Assembly: GCA_965113315.1 (NCBI GenBank)
Contig: OZ220367.1
Direction: 5' to 3' (one strand)
DNA: 64,000 bases
From: Podarcis vaucheri
Lineage: Eukaryota
Position 1 is the stretch's first letter, and every line of letters begins with the position of its first letter. This document shows positions 13,001-26,800 of this stretch, piece by piece. The notes below the pieces were generated by a model. The model did not search any database and was not told the DNA's origin. It worked only from the letters and a program-made list of their open reading frames with translations. The position numbers and the translations under genes are program-made.

Positions 13001-16000
13001 CTATGACACACACCAAATCAGAGTGAACCTGTCCAAGATCACGTGGATGCAGCCATGGTGCATCAGCCTCAGTCTGGGTGTCTGGACAGAAACATCTCCA
13101 CCCTGGATCCCTTTAACGGGACAACCTGCTTCCTTGGGCTGGCGGTGGTTCTGACCACATCGTCCAACTAGGATACACGCCTATGCCTTATCTCCCATCA
13201 AGTTGTGACAATTGCTATGAGGTAGGCAAAACTCCCAGACAGGCCCAATTTGTCTGAAGGAAAATTCCTCCTTGGTCCCAAATACAGTGAACAAATCCTT
13301 CCATAGCAAGGTCTTAAGGCAGGGCCTGCTTGCTTACCATTGGGCAGCCCTGCGCAGAATAACGCACAGGAGGAGGTGAGCAAGGATTGCCCCATCTAGG
13401 ATACTGATATGTTTGCACAGGTGAATGTTTGTCATAGTGAATCCCACCCATAAAGAACTTTCCTATTTTAATGTCATACCACAGAAATGGAAAGCAATTC
13501 AACTTTATTGTCTATCAAGTATATAGTGTAGCCATGGTTGACTTTTTCTGTCCTTTAAGGATATTTTGCCTTATCCAGTGCAAAATGTCTATACAGTGCT
13601 ACCTCCGTTTATGAACTTAATTTGTTCTGGAGGTCTGTTCTTAACCCGAAACTGTTCTTAACCTGAGGCGCGCTTTCGCTAATGGGGCCTCCTGCTGCTG
13701 CTGGGCCGCTAGCACACGACTTCCGCTTGCATCCCGGGGCAAAGTTCGCTACCCGGAACACCTACTTCCGGGTTAGCACAGCTCGTAACCTGAAGCATTC
13801 GTAAGGAGGACAGTACGTAACCTGAGGTCCCACTGTATCTGAAAGTTTAATTTTCAAGCTTAATTCTTAAATTCCATTGATTTTAAAGGGACAGCAAATA
13901 AATGATACTAAGAAGCGCAATGTATCTACTCCGACACCTTTTGTTTATAAAGGATAATGTGTTGAATTCAACTGCAGAAATATAATGCACTAGGCAACAA
14001 AAATATCTTCCTATATCTGAAGTTATAAGCAGATGACTTGGTCATATTCTGCTCTGTAATTTGCACTCAGACAGTGTTGTCTGAAGTGACCTGGTGGTGT
14101 TAAGAACCCACCAAGAAACAGAGATGAGACCATAAACAAATAACAAATAACTGTTTGATTGGATTACTGATAAATTAATTGTACCTTTTCTTCCCTGTAA
14201 AGATTTCTAAATTCAAACACCCAGCCCTGTTTTTACCCAGATTTCCTGTTCTTGTCTTGAATTCACATATGTACAAACTGCAATCCCCACAGTGACTACA
14301 TTAAGCTTTCTCAGAACTGCATGCAAATGACTGAGGACTTACATCACTGGTGTATTTTGAGATCTTGCTAACATTCCTGAACTGAGGGGTCTCGCAGTAG
14401 TTAATACTGTGGCCTTTGCTGCTTTCTAGATCCTTCTTATAGCCCACCTACAAAATGAGAATTTAGAACAGTGAGAAGTGAAAATATATTCAATGGCTGG
14501 CTACGTATTTCAGTTACATCCTGCAATAAGCGAAATAAGAAGCTGCTTTATTGCATAGCAATACTCACTCTCATAATAAACAAAGGGGACGAACATCACG
14601 TTGCTAAGCATGAAAGAAATCTGAAATGTCCTGTATGTCATGAGGATATGGTGTCTATTTCTATTTTTTTTTTATATTTATTAAAGTTTCACAAATTATA
14701 TAATCAAACACAACAATACAAACAAACACAAACAAGAAAAAACAAGTATAATTTCAAATCCTTATTTTCTTAAAACTTACTTCACCGACCTCCTCATACC
14801 TCCCCTTTCTGCATTCCAATTTCAAATATTTAGTTCAGCAAATCCTCACCCTTAATTTTGTCTAATTGTTAACCTTTCTTTTCTTTTAACTTAATCTTTA
14901 CAGCTGTAATCCACTTACTAAAGCCACATCATTTTAACACTCATTAATTTTACAATGTTTCTTAAGATAGTTCTTAAATTTCTTCCAATCTTCTTCCGCC
15001 GTCTCTTTTCCCTGGTATCGGATTCTGCCAGTCATTTCTGCCAATCCCATATAGTCTATCACCTTCATCTGCCATTCTTCCAAGGTGTGATATGGTGTCT
15101 ATTTCAAAGAGAGTTAGGCAGGCAAAAGTCCTGCTGGGATTCTGGTCACATCCACGCCATACATTTAAAGCAGTCATGGAGAATTCGAGGGAACTGTAGT
15201 TGGTGCTAAGAGTGCTGGCCTCACTGAGCTACGCTGAGCAAACAGCAATTCCCAGGATTTTCCATGACTTTAAACTGGTATAAGAGCTCTCAGATTGTTT
15301 GGTGTGGATGTGATGTCAATCTCAATTACGGTAAATGCTTAAGGCACACTTAACCAGGAGGAAGCACCAATGAACACCATGGGACTTACTTCTGAGTAGA
15401 CATGCATCAGCTTATGCAGTAAATCCCATGAAATTCCATGAAATTTGTTTCTCTGACAAACCAGTGTGGGTGTCTTGATAAAATTTACATCTGGCCTTCT
15501 TACCTCACTGTACAACTTGTTCACATTCTGGGCTTGCTTAAGAACTAGGTTTTCTTGGGCAGAAAGAGAATGGTAGTGAGCTGCTCCTTTCATCTTTGAA
15601 AAATCCTGCTTGTATTTTATCTAGAAAGAAAAAGGCAGGATCTAATCAAGTTATAATGGCTACTGGCTGGCCACACTTTCAGTTTTCTTTACTGCTTCTC
15701 CACGGTCAGCATGGCAATTGGTTTTGCTGCCCTGCTTTTAAGAATTTGGTTGCTTCCTATATGCCCTGCTCAAGTATTTATAAAGAAACAGTTATTACAA
15801 ATACATCACACTGTATATCCCCAGCTTGCTCCTTTACAAAGAAAGAAACCTTATAAAGAGGACCGCCCTTGAACTTCCTACCACTTAGAAAAGTGTAACA
15901 ATTTATCACTGTCCAGATAGCTATCATTATACACTGGTACCTCGGGTTAAGAACTTAATTCATTCTGGAGGTCAGTTCTTAACCCGAAACTGTTCTTAAC

Positions 16001-19000
16001 CTGACGTACCACTTTAGCTAATGGGGCCTGCCATGCCGCCACCACACAATTTCTGTTCTCATCCTGAGGCAAAGTTCTTAACCCAAGGTACTATTTCTGG
16101 GTTAGCGGAGTCTGTAACCTGAAGTGACTGTAACCTGAAGCCTCTGTAACCCAAGGTACCACTGTACAATGATTAATACTTGAACCAGTGTAGTGTGGTG
16201 GTTAGAGTGCTGTACTTGGGGTCAGAGGACTCTAGGTTCTAATTCCCTGTTCAGCCACGAAACTCCTCTTAGTTCAATCACTGGATTCATTCAGACTGAT
16301 TATGTGATAGGAACCGTCTCATTTCAGAAGTCAGCCAGCCCAAAACTTTTAATATTAACTGGAGTTATTATTAGAAGCTTGAACTCATGTCTGCAGATTA
16401 GCTGGGATGCCAGGACACTAAGCTAGTACTAAATAATTCAATAGTTACCCAGCGTTTAATATTACATTTCCACTCAGAGATAGACGGTGAGCAAAGCCTT
16501 GTTTAAACAGGAATGAAAATATTGACGAATAAGGAGTAAGGGTCCTAGTACTGAATGTTTGCCCTGGTAAAATTGCAACAGTGATTCATGATGACTCCAT
16601 CATCTGCCTGCTTTTTGTTGCTGTTGCTATTTATGGCATGCATACATTTTCTGAGATGCCGCCGAATGAAGGTTAATCACTCCAGCGCTAGTTCCTTGAG
16701 TAAGCTAATTAGACGGGACACAAAGGTTCCCTCTCTGGAAACTGAGCGGGCCATTCTGGAAATGGAAAAGCATGTTGGGATCCAAGCAATTATCTCTTTG
16801 GAATTTGAGATTTAAGCCAAACGTTAGGAAGAACATTCTGATGGTGAGAGCTGTTCGACAGCCGATCAGACTACTTTGGAAGCTCGTGGATTATCCTTCA
16901 CAGGAGGTTTTTAAACAGAGGGGGATTTTTTTTTGGGGGGGGGGGGAGATCTGCCAAGGATGTACATTGCAGGGGTGGGACTAGATGGGCCTTCCAACCC
17001 TACATTTCAATGATTTGCTCAAGCAAATAAGATTATATATACAGTGGTACCTCAGGTTAAGTACTTAATTCATTCTGGAGATCTGTTCTTAACCTGAAAC
17101 TGTTCTTAACCTGAAGCACCACTTTAGCTAATGGAGCCTCCTGCTGCTGCCATAGCACGATTTCTGTTCTCATCCTGAAGTAAAGTTCTTAACCTGAGGT
17201 ACTATGTCTGGGTTAGCGGAGGCTGTAACCTGAAGCGTATGTAACCTGAGGTACCACTGTATATGCACGCATATATGTACACATGCATACAGGATACAAA
17301 TATTCAAAGCAAGCATATAGCAGACAAACTTATTTAAAGACAATAGCCCATGCGCAAGGCTGCCTTTGGCATCCCAAAGAGCTTTGGTAGACACTGGTAG
17401 ATTTTGTACTCCCCACCCCTTTCATATAGCTGTTTTTCAAAAGTATCTTCTCTGTTTTGAAAGTGGTTTGGGGACATTAAAATGGGGGCTGTTGGTTGAA
17501 GCCCTCTCAGTGGTGCACTTCTTTGTATCCTTCCTGATCATTATAGAAATCATGACTACTTTGCTCACTTTTGATACCAAAGTAGAAAAGGAATGTTGTG
17601 GTTACTTTGGGGGTGACCCTCTAGAGCTAATTCCAATTGAGAAGAAAGTTTGATCTTTCACAACATACAAACACATATCAATACTTCCATTTTGGAGGTC
17701 CTCTAAAATAGTGCGCTCAGTCATAGACAGCTATATTTGACATCATTGGATGTGGTACAAGAACACCCAGAGTCCTAAGGGGTCTCACTCCTTCCCACTA
17801 GTTGTTCAAATAATATGACACCAGAGAACCTTCTGGTTATTATAAGCAACTTTTGCATCTGGCCCACGCTGACCTAGACCTCTTCTTTCATACTTACATC
17901 ACTCGCCAGTTCATTTGCCTTCTTAGCATTGAGATACGCTGGCGTGATCATAGCAGGAAAGCTCCCTTTCCCTCGGTGCTCTTCATATTCATCCATATAA
18001 TCCTGAAAAACATCCAATAGTTTACTTATCATTTACTTATCTTTAACTTATTCATTTTGGTACACTTCTGTCTACAGTCTTCCTAACAAGCAGACATACT
18101 TCACAGTGTCCATATTTTATAACACAACTCCACACCATACAGTTAAAGCGCACCTGACACACATTTTAAACATGTGGCTTCTTCCCAAGAATCATGGGAA
18201 CTGTAGTTTTTTATGGATACTGGGAAGTGTACTTTTGTTAGGAGTAAACTACAGTTCCCAGAATTTGTTTTTGGGAGGAGCCATATGCTTTAAATATATG
18301 ATGTGGATGTGACTGATTCGTCTCTTCATCCAGTCTCCTTTTCAAGCCATCTCATTCAATTTCCAACTTCTGAGTTTTTTGTTTTATGCCTCTCAATGCC
18401 CAGTCAGCATTCTGTAGGATGCTTTTTGGGAGGGAGGGCTTCCTAAGGCTGCCCCCCAATTAATATTCTTGTTCTTTTACAAACCTTATTCTCTTCCGAG
18501 TCTACTGTTATCTAATTCTTCTGTGTGGTTGGTATGGCTATGGCTACATAAGAGCAAGCCATCAAAGCCTTGAGATCAGTATCCTTACATAGATGTGAAG
18601 GGAGTCACATCAATATGCATGAATTAATATATATAGATGTGAATACTTTTGCATTGCTCCTTACCTGACTAAACTGATTCACATTTTCGTTTGAGGCACC
18701 AACAGAATGACTTGCTTTTCCTTTAATCTCCTTTTCATATCTTTGATGATACTTCACCTGAGAAAGCAATGGAGGTGAAAAGGATGTGTTTATTCTGCTG
18801 ATCTTACAACCTAAACAAATTGCATTTGTTTGCTTTTAAAGCCCACGGAGCTCATTTTCCATACAAATTGCTCAAAGGGGCATACAGTAGAAAGGCAAAG
18901 TGAAAGAATCCATCTTTAAGAAGTGGGCAGGGGAACAATGCCAAACCATCATGCTGTATAAAAGGGTTGTCCTCACCCAACTTTTCCAAATAATGAGAAG

Positions 19001-22000
19001 TTTTGCCAAGGCTGTTTTCTTTAGAAGGAGGTCACTGGAGGTTTATGGCATTTTGTAGTATACAGTTTGAGCACAGAACAAACACTCCAACCAACAGCCA
19101 AAGGCCACTGCTCCAACTTTAGAGCGCCACAGAGGGGTGAGGTAATCAGCATCTTAAGATCAGCATATTTCCTTCAAACTTCAGTCTCTCCTTTGTTTCA
19201 TTAGCAGACACTTATTTTCAACATAGGTTTGGACAATGCAATAATGCTAAAATACAGAGAAGTCTCCACTCCTTAACAGTGGAGATTTTTTGACCTAGCA
19301 ATGTCAGGATTTTTCTCACAACAGGAAAGTGGCCATAATTTTGGAAGACCAAGTACAGATTTTTCTCCAATATGTGACAACATATAGACCACACTTTTGA
19401 AACTTACATCACTAGCTAATTCGTTGGCTCTTTTAGCTATCTGGTAAGCCGGAGTGATCATCGCAGGGAAGCTCCCTTTCCCTCTGTGTTGTTCATACTC
19501 TTCTGTGTATTTTAACTAGAAAAATCGGGAGAGTTTAAATCATACAGATATAAGCAAGCAGAAAGTCTATCTACTTGGCCTGCTCTTCTGTTCTACTTAC
19601 ATCACTCGCAAGCTGCCCCCCAGCCTTTGCATGAATTACATCTGGAGTATCCGCAACACTGGTGAATTTGGAAACCCGGTCTTCATGCCCTCGTTTATAT
19701 TCCACCTATTGTGGAGAAGCAGAGTCAAAGAACGTTTGAAAACTATGAAGAACTGCCATCTTATCTCTTGCAATCAAGCATCAAATGACAGTAAAAACAG
19801 ATGATCTTTGGATTTGCTAATATAAGTGTTTCCAGTATTTGGCCCTGAATTTAAATTCCTTGGTTGCAAATGCAAATGAAACGGCAGTTTCTTATTGATG
19901 AAAAGAGGCTGGAATAACAACATATTCTGGCCTTATTTGTCAAAATGTTCTGCTCCAGTTTAATTCACCCCAAGCCCATCAGTTGCCAAAGATGTTTATT
20001 TCATAACAAGTAAATGGCAGCGGAGGAGTAAATGCATTAAAGAGCTCAATCTAGAAGCCTATTAAAGCCTGTTAAATGACTAAACTAAATGGAAATGCTG
20101 AAATTTTTATTTGGGTGAAACCGCTTTCTTGGACACAAGCCCAGCGTGCCTAATCAATAACAATCTCACATGCTTTCATTTTCAATCTCTGTTGAAGCAT
20201 TATACATAATGCTTGGAATAACAACTAGAGAACTTTGCTTCGTGATCTTCAAGGTGAATCTTTTCTGGGCTTCCTTTTTCTTTCTCATCATAAACGACAT
20301 GTATATTGTTAATTAAAATAGATTTCTAGATTGCTGCGGATATTATACCCTACAAAGAAAGCGGGCAGGTAGTGAAAACATCAGCCAATAAAGACTGTTA
20401 AACACAGCTGAGCTAAAGAGGTAGGGGAGAAGAAATACTCCTGTTTTTCAAACCAAATCATGCCTCCAAATCATTGATATCTCTGGTTATGAAGCATTTA
20501 AAAAGTAATCACAACATGTACTCAAACGGGTGGGTTGTATCAAACATAGCACTAAATCCAAGTGAAAGGGAAAGCACAAGTACATTTTTGTGAAACTGAT
20601 TGCACAAGAAAAATCAGCTGCTGCACAAGTTTTTGCTAGCACAGTTGTTTCATTTAATTCCTTTGTTGCACAACTTTTGCCCACTGCCGTCTACTAGCAC
20701 AAGGGCTCTTATGCTAGCAGACTAAGAACACTAGATATGGTCCACATTCTTTTTCTTTTCTTTTCGGCAATTTAATCATATATCAAACTTAGACCTTTGA
20801 CTCTTGCTGTGAATATTGCCCCCCCTATGCTACAATCCCTTTGCCCTCCCTCAAAAATACATGCCCCAGGAACTTACGTTACTGGATAGCTGAGAGGCCT
20901 TCTTGGCTATTTGATAAGCTGGAGTGATCAGAGCAGGAAAGCTGCCCTTTCCCTTCTGCTGCTCATATTCCTCAGTATATTTCAACTACAACAGAGAGAA
21001 AAAGGTGTGTTTAAACTTTGTTCGTCAAACTAATTCCTCTGAGGTAGGAGAAAAGGGGGAACTTTTCTGCCATGAATTTTCTTAAGTTCACTCATCTAAG
21101 GATGCAAGTCCATGTGGATGATCTCTCCTTGATATATTTAACTCACAAATAAAGCTGTCATAAATTGGAGGTTCACTTACATCACTGTCCTGTTCTTGAG
21201 CTATCCTAAGCATTTCCGCATCTGGGATGGTTTCTGAGTACCATGATTTGCCTTCTTCATACGCAGCACGGTAGGCTTTCTAAAAACAGAATACATCATA
21301 AAATGTGGAATGGGCACAGTGGTAAACACTTTTGACTCCATCTCTAAAGATCAGGGGATTAGACTCTTGACAGGATGTAACCTATTAATCTGTGGCTGGC
21401 TGTGACCACATTCCTTTCTTAGGTGGCTCCTGCCCCAAACCATGCAGATTCTCTTTCTATTTTTCTAAAGCTGGTGGCTGCATGAGAAAAGTTCCCAGCA
21501 ATTCCCTGCACTTTTGCACCCATAAGCTGCACATGAAATTCTGGCACCTTAGTTCTGAGCACAGTGAGCCTTTTTCATTTCAGCTGAACTGACATTCCAG
21601 TTAATTTTGTTTCATCACATCTAGAGAGGACAAGATCCTAATCCTATGTGCCTGGTGTGTTTGCCCATAATTGCAACATACTATAATTACAAGGTAGTAT
21701 AATCTATACTTTTCTGAAAGTGAGTAGGCACAGCTTGAAGAACTCCACTGCCAGTGCTATTTTTTTTTTGGGGGGGGGGAGGTCAGGAACCACTCAAGGC
21801 ACTTTAGTTGGCAGCCCTTTCCTCTAAACTTCTTGAAATTATGAGTGATCCGAAGGAAGGTTACGCAAAGGGAAGGCCCCAGGCAAGAGTAGGAAAAAGC
21901 ATCTTCCTCTAACCACATCCAATTCTCTTGAGCTGTTACAGATGTAATATAAGGAGGAAGAGGGGAGGAAGTATTGGGGTTCTGGAAGTAGTGGTGCTAT

Positions 22001-23844
22001 GAAACACAGACTGCAACTAGCACAACTTTTTGCTGACCTGGGGCTTTCCTTCCCCTCCCCCTTAATTGTTTTCTTTCTTTCTTTTTAAACAGAATTGCAA
22101 ATATCTAGCTAATTAACAATGAAAACCGTATGGAATTTTTTAAAAAAGCAAGTAAATTGCATAATACATCATCCTAAGTATTTGCATGAAGGCATCATAA
22201 ATCTTCAGATCAAGCTACCGGTATCTTAGCCAAAGATATGTACGGCCTGAGGTATAAAGCATTCTCCTGGCGCCGTTTTCACAGAACCAGATGAGGCTTA
22301 CACCCAAAGAGGGTTTGGGATCCAGGTCACAGCATTCCAATGGCAATAGTCAGAATAATTGGAGACATATTTTGAAAATGGCTTCCAAACCAAATGAAAA
22401 CATAAAGGGGTCATTTGTATTACAGTAATTGTTGTTGTTGTTTAGTCGTTTAGTCGTGTCCGACTCTTCGTGACCCCATGGACCAGAGTTAAAGGCATAA
22501 AATTGCAGTTTTGTAAATGACGCAACCTAGGAGCCTGGAGAATAGCAGAGCATCTGCTGAATGTTCACTAGCAAGTAAGTTATCGATACGGGTCTCCTAC
22601 CTGACTGCTTAGCTGCTGCATCTTCCTCGCAGCCTCCATGTCTCCGGATTTCACATTCCAGTGAAAAACAGATTTGAACTTCTCACCCTCTTCTCGGTAC
22701 TTAATCTGCATAGACAGAACCCAAAATGTTATTTTGAAACCTGTTTCAGTGGATTATATGCCAGCCTTCATATCCAATATTAAAGAAAGATAGGCTTCCT
22801 CTTCAATCTGTTCCCTATACAGTGGTACCTCGGGTTAAGTACTTAATTCGTTCCGGAGGTCTGTTCTTAACCTGAAACTGTTCTTAACCTGAAGCACCAC
22901 TTTAGCTAATGAGGTCTCCCACTGCCGCCGAGCCGCACCGCTGGAGCATGATTTCTGTTCTCATCCTGAAGCAAAGTTCTTAACCCGATGTACTATTTCT
23001 GGGTTAGCAGAGTCTGTAACCTGAAGCATATGTAACCTGAAGCATATGTAACCCGAGGTACCACTGTATATTCTGAATTTCAAAAGAAAAATTCTGAGGC
23101 TGCAAGGAAAATCATGTCGCAGCCTCAGAATTTTTTTTTGGTATGATTTTCTCCACTTCTGCCTGAACTACCAAAATGAATGGGTTAGAGCTGAAGTCAC
23201 TTAAAACAACAAAAAGACAAGGCGGCAGGTATTGGGGAGGGGGGAGATTCTGAAATAAGACATGGTCTCACGTGCTTGAAGGGATACAAATGGCAATACT
23301 ACCAAATGAAAAAGACAATCCCATTATTTTGGTATGCAAACATTTGTATAAAAAATATAAAGTAGAAAATACTGTCTTTTGATCCCAGTACAGGAAACTG
23401 GGCATGTATTGGCTTCTCTTGGTACCTTTGTCAGTTTCCCAATAAGAATTTACTGTACAAAATATTAACATGAAAATTGAGTCTTATAAACCACTCTATG
23501 AACCTCAAACTTCCTTTTGTGATTGAAAGGAGCAGGGTGTTTCTTAAGTGACAGAAGAAAAGGAAAGTGATCTAGCACTCACACACACATATATTGAAGT
23601 AACTGGATCTCTTATCACAGCCATCAAACAGAAATAGAAATTGTTGTTAATCTCAAACACATTCCAGAGCAAATCTGTCATGCACAGTTTAGAAGGAAAT
23701 GTATTTGTTGCTGTTGTTATAGCTTTAGTGAGATATATTGCAAATCCTGCATGTGTGTTTTAAATACGTAAGAATTTTTCAAGAATATAGAATGAGGCTG
23801 GTAAAGTTGTGACAACAATATCCCTGATACTTCAGAGGAAACAA

Positions 23845-23898
<54 letters not shown>

Positions 23899-26800
23899 TA
23901 TCCTTATCCTATTCTTAGCATACATTCAGACTGCAATCCTGTGTACACTTACCTGGAAGTAAACCCAAATGAATGCAGAGGGCTTTACTTCTGAGTAAGC
24001 ATGCATAAAATTGTTCTAGGCATCAGCTCCTTCTACTGTGAAAACTGGGGCAAGATATAAAAATTTAAATCTAGAAATTTGGAAGAGCTGTAACTCAGAA
24101 GGAAGTTTTTTTAAAAAAAATATGAAAGCACAGAAGGGTTTCAGATTTCCAACAGCTAGCAGCCCCCTGACATTTCACCAAGTTTACCCAATGCAACCAT
24201 GTAAAACTCACTCGACTTTACAATTTTGTTAAAAACTCAGATCCAAGTGCCAGGTTCATCAGAGGTTTGAAAAGTCTTTTTGTGTGTGTGTTTAGCAAAC
24301 CTAGGTTCAGATTCTAATGAATCTGCAGACACTTTTTGATTTGGTGTCAAAGACTTGACAGTTTCAGAGGAGTTTTCCTTTGAGTTTCCTGGTTCATTTG
24401 AAATGAAATTTCAAAGGATGACATGGGACCGTGAAACAAAGCGGCAGAAACCGTGCGCACGAACTCTTCTAACTGACTGAACCCGGCATACTTTCCACAC
24501 CTTAGATCAGCATCCCTAGCAATTTTTTGGTGAGGAAGAACGTAGATTTTCAGTGGCTGAAGGAACCACTAAGATGTTCTGCAGTTCTTATTTAAGTAGG
24601 GCTCCTTCAGAGACGCACTTTGTGAGTATAACCAGGTTTTTAAAATGCACAGACATTAAAACGTGGAGTTTTCACATTGTGTCATGAGCATAATCATTCA
24701 GTTCTGCAGTTCCTTACACTTGAAGGGTCTTGGGTGGACAAAACATATGTCAATGTGCAAAATAGGATCCCTAGTCACTACAATGTTGGGGGCAGCTCTG
24801 AATGTACAGCATGCGTGGAATTGTCCTTAGAACTGAAATGCTAACACTTGGTTATGCAACTGCTTTGTACATACATTGCAGCAGCAGTGGTACTATTTGA
24901 ATTGGAATGGCCTCCCTTGGAAGGTGGTGGAGTCTCTTTCATTAGAGGTTTTTAAGCAGAGGTTGGATGGCCATCTGTCATGGATGTGCTAGTTGAGATT
25001 CCTACGTTGAAGGGGCTGGACTAGATGGCTCTACAATTCTATGAATGGCACGCTGGTTTGACAGCCACGGACAGGAAGTCCCTACTGAGGGTGGTGAATA
25101 CAGCACATGACATCATGGGCTGTCCTCAGAGTTCGCTAGGTGACATCACAGGAGACCGCTACCTCAGGAAAGCGAGGAAAATTCTCAGGGACAACTCACA
25201 CCCTGGCCAGCACCTCTTTAATCTCGTACCTTCGGGCAGGAGATACAGAAGTATAGTCAGCCGCAGCAACAAGTTAAAGAACAGTTTTTATCCGTGGGCT
25301 GTTGGGCTGCTGAATGGAAAAAAATAGTGGTGCAATTGACTTCCGACAAGCACACAGAGTGTATTGGGGGGGGGGGCTTGTTTAATTTCACTGCACACAG
25401 GTGGTGTAGTGACAATAAAGATTTATTTTTTTATTTATTTATTATTATTATTATTATTTATTACGAATCAGGCTGCTAATGTATTTTTTTCCCTTCTGCC
25501 TTTACAATGTAAGTCCACAAGAGAACCCTGTGCAGTCCAGTACAAGCCCATTCCTTCAACTCTAACCTGGTGTTTGAATGGATGCAGAATTCATACCATT
25601 GTGTCAAGGTCAAGCCTGAGAGCAGTCAGTTTGCCCTTGTGTGGCTTCCACATGGGGTTTAGTTAACTGAGATTTGGCTAACACAGGTTCTATCTTCTGT
25701 TACAAACTTCAGAGGGAAACAGGATGATCCAAGAAAGGGACCCACATTGTAAACAACTTCATTGGCACTGAAATACCCTCCAATTCATTTTGAAAGGGCA
25801 GCATTTGATAGTTAAATTCATTTTTGATGGCCAGATATCTGATTGGCTAGGATCACCCATATGATGAGTATAGGAATCATTACTCTCACTTTAAAGGTAG
25901 CATTTGTGCTTAATAGGGCACATACAGTATGTGATTGCTGACTGGCTGAGATCGCTTTAAAAGAAATGAAACTGGGAAAAGAGACAGCACCAAAGCAGCA
26001 GCAGAGGTGGGAAACTGCATACAGATATGAAAAAAGGAGGATGAAGGGTTTGGTCCACCTATCATCACCCTAAAAAGAGTATGGGTGGCTATATGACTGA
26101 CAAATATTAAACACATTAATTCCTAAGGTATCTTACCTCGCTTACGGCTTCAGTCTGTTTTTTCACATTTATATTTACTGGTGTCTCAAAAACACTTGTG
26201 AATGTGTTGTTTTTTGGATTATGTCTGTAAAAGAAAGCAGATACAATTTGGAAAGAAATAATCAACGTCCCTCAAAAAAACCAAATACTTCTTATATGTA
26301 TGTACATATGTTAAAACACAGAACTAATTGCTAAAATACAACTAGCATCTCACATGCAAAGTTTAATTTTGCATAGTTATCTACATCTTCAAGTTTCATT
26401 CTATCAATGTTGCTTTTCTAATAACAAAAGGAAATTGCAGAATAAAAAAATCCAAAAAACAGAAGCCACTTCTTCATTTCAGAACATTGGAGAAAAACTG
26501 AACATACTGACTTGCAAGTTGAAAACACTGTATTTTACTTATCTTTCAGCTCTAACAACCACACTTATATTAAATTATCATCATATGTAACAAAGGTCAA
26601 AATGCAGTAACCAGGTTATTAATATTTGATCTTTCAAATAAAAAATCAAGAGGGCATAAAATGATCCAAGTTTAAGGAGAATTTCTTTTTCTTTTTTTTT
26701 CTATTACACCACATGGTCCTTTTCATAATAAGTGCTGCACATTATAAAGATTTTGACTAAGGAACCTTGGGGTCAATTAGTCTTCAATAAAGTTGCTACA

